From positions 1 to 52,856 of the IMG/VR virus record IMGVR_UViG_3300028399_000002: a DNA stretch of 52,856 nt; one strand, given 5' to 3'. The stretch is from a virus. Lineage: Duplodnaviria; Caudoviricetes. Below are positions 52,412-52,856 of the stretch, one piece after another. Position numbers and translations under genes: made by a program. Within the stretch, counting starts at the first letter, position 1; each line of letters begins with the position of its first letter. The notes under the pieces were generated by a model. The model saw only the letters and a list, made by a program, of their open reading frames with translations, had not been told where the DNA came from and made no database searches.

Positions 52412-52856
52412 ATGGACGTACTCGACTCATATGTAGCAGGGTTCTTTGATGGTGAAGGTTGTATATCTTCACAGGAAAGTTGGATACCTGGAAAGTATGA
52501 AAAATTCCCGCGTATAAATCTTCAAATTTCTATAACTAATACTGATAAAGAAGTTTTGAATCTTATACGTGGAAGGTTTGGAGGTCAGATAAGCAAGCAT
52601 ACTAAGAAAACTGGTAAGTTGTGTTATGCTTGGAAACTAACAGGTAAAGACAAAATGAGGGTTTTCCTTTTGTCTGTGCTCCCCTACCTGATAGTTAAAA
52701 AAGAACAGGCTTTGCTTGCTTTGGAATTTATAGATACTCTTAGGAAGGAAAATTTAGGTTGTGTTCCGCTTCCTAAAGAAGTACATGAGTTGAGATACAA
52801 GATTCACTTGGCTCTCAGAAAAAGAAAAAGTAAGTCCCCTTCAGAGGTGACTCTGA
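52390..52856 (+). mobile_element. Group I intron, 5' part (P1 loop carrying the homing endonuclease); 629 nt in total on the circle
   Basis: GGAU|UUAC pairs with IGS GUAAGUCC (52830-52837 = 101-108) with the canonical U-G pair at the splice site. Confidence 0.88.
52412..52856 (+). CDS. Single-motif LAGLIDADG homing endonuclease (I-CreI-like); continues to base 252
   Basis: MDVLDSYVAGFFDGEGCI...ISITNTD...FGG...LPYLIVKKEQALL. The ORF track misses it because it crosses the window end. Confidence 0.92.
   Translation, partial: MDVLDSYVAGFFDGEGCISSQESWIPGKYEKFPRINLQISITNTDKEVLNLIRGRFGGQISKHTKKTGKLCYAWKLTGKDKMRVFLLSVLPYLIVKKEQALLALEFIDTLRKENLGCVPLPKEVHELRYKIHLALRKRKSKSPSEVTL

Noticed and set aside
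52409-52414. Stop-codon readthrough or recoding giving a capsid-endonuclease fusion
   Set aside because: The frames match, but TAA is used as a normal stop genome-wide, there is no suppressor tRNA, and TAAATG junctions occur elsewhere (for example 14175-14180).

Overview
The window is an apparently complete, circularly assembled dsDNA tailed-phage genome of about 52.7 kb. Bases 1-127 repeat exactly at 52730-52856, which is most likely an assembly overlap. The gene content is podovirus-like and probably lytic: I found no integrase, repressor or tape-measure gene. There are four blocks. (1) A + strand virion/lysis arm runs from about 35.6 kb through the origin to 15.0 kb: tRNA-Pro, tail spike, TerL with two LAGLIDADG inteins, portal, scaffold, major capsid protein, adaptor, nozzle, ejection proteins, lysozyme and holins. 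(2) A - strand replication/nucleotide arm spans 15.1-31.0 kb: class II RNR, exonuclease, resolvase, RecA, primase, helicase, dNMP kinase, MazG-like protein and a UDG-PolA fusion. (3) An isolated TerS-like gene follows. (4) A - strand early/accessory block spans 32.2-35.0 kb. The most notable finds are these. A group I intron in the last codons of the capsid gene begins with a recoded copy of the downstream exon, so unspliced RNA gives ...WIYGSIVS* and spliced RNA gives ...WIYGHIVS*; a LAGLIDADG gene sits in the P1 loop. A cluster of related structured RNAs at 26.05-27.15 kb shares a terminal stem. Five Fur-box-like palindromes lie at the main promoters. A three-gene cassette is bracketed by an exact 44-bp repeat, and an unexplained ~65-bp motif is dispersed in three copies. 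All calls come from reading motifs and base-pairing by eye; no database search was run.
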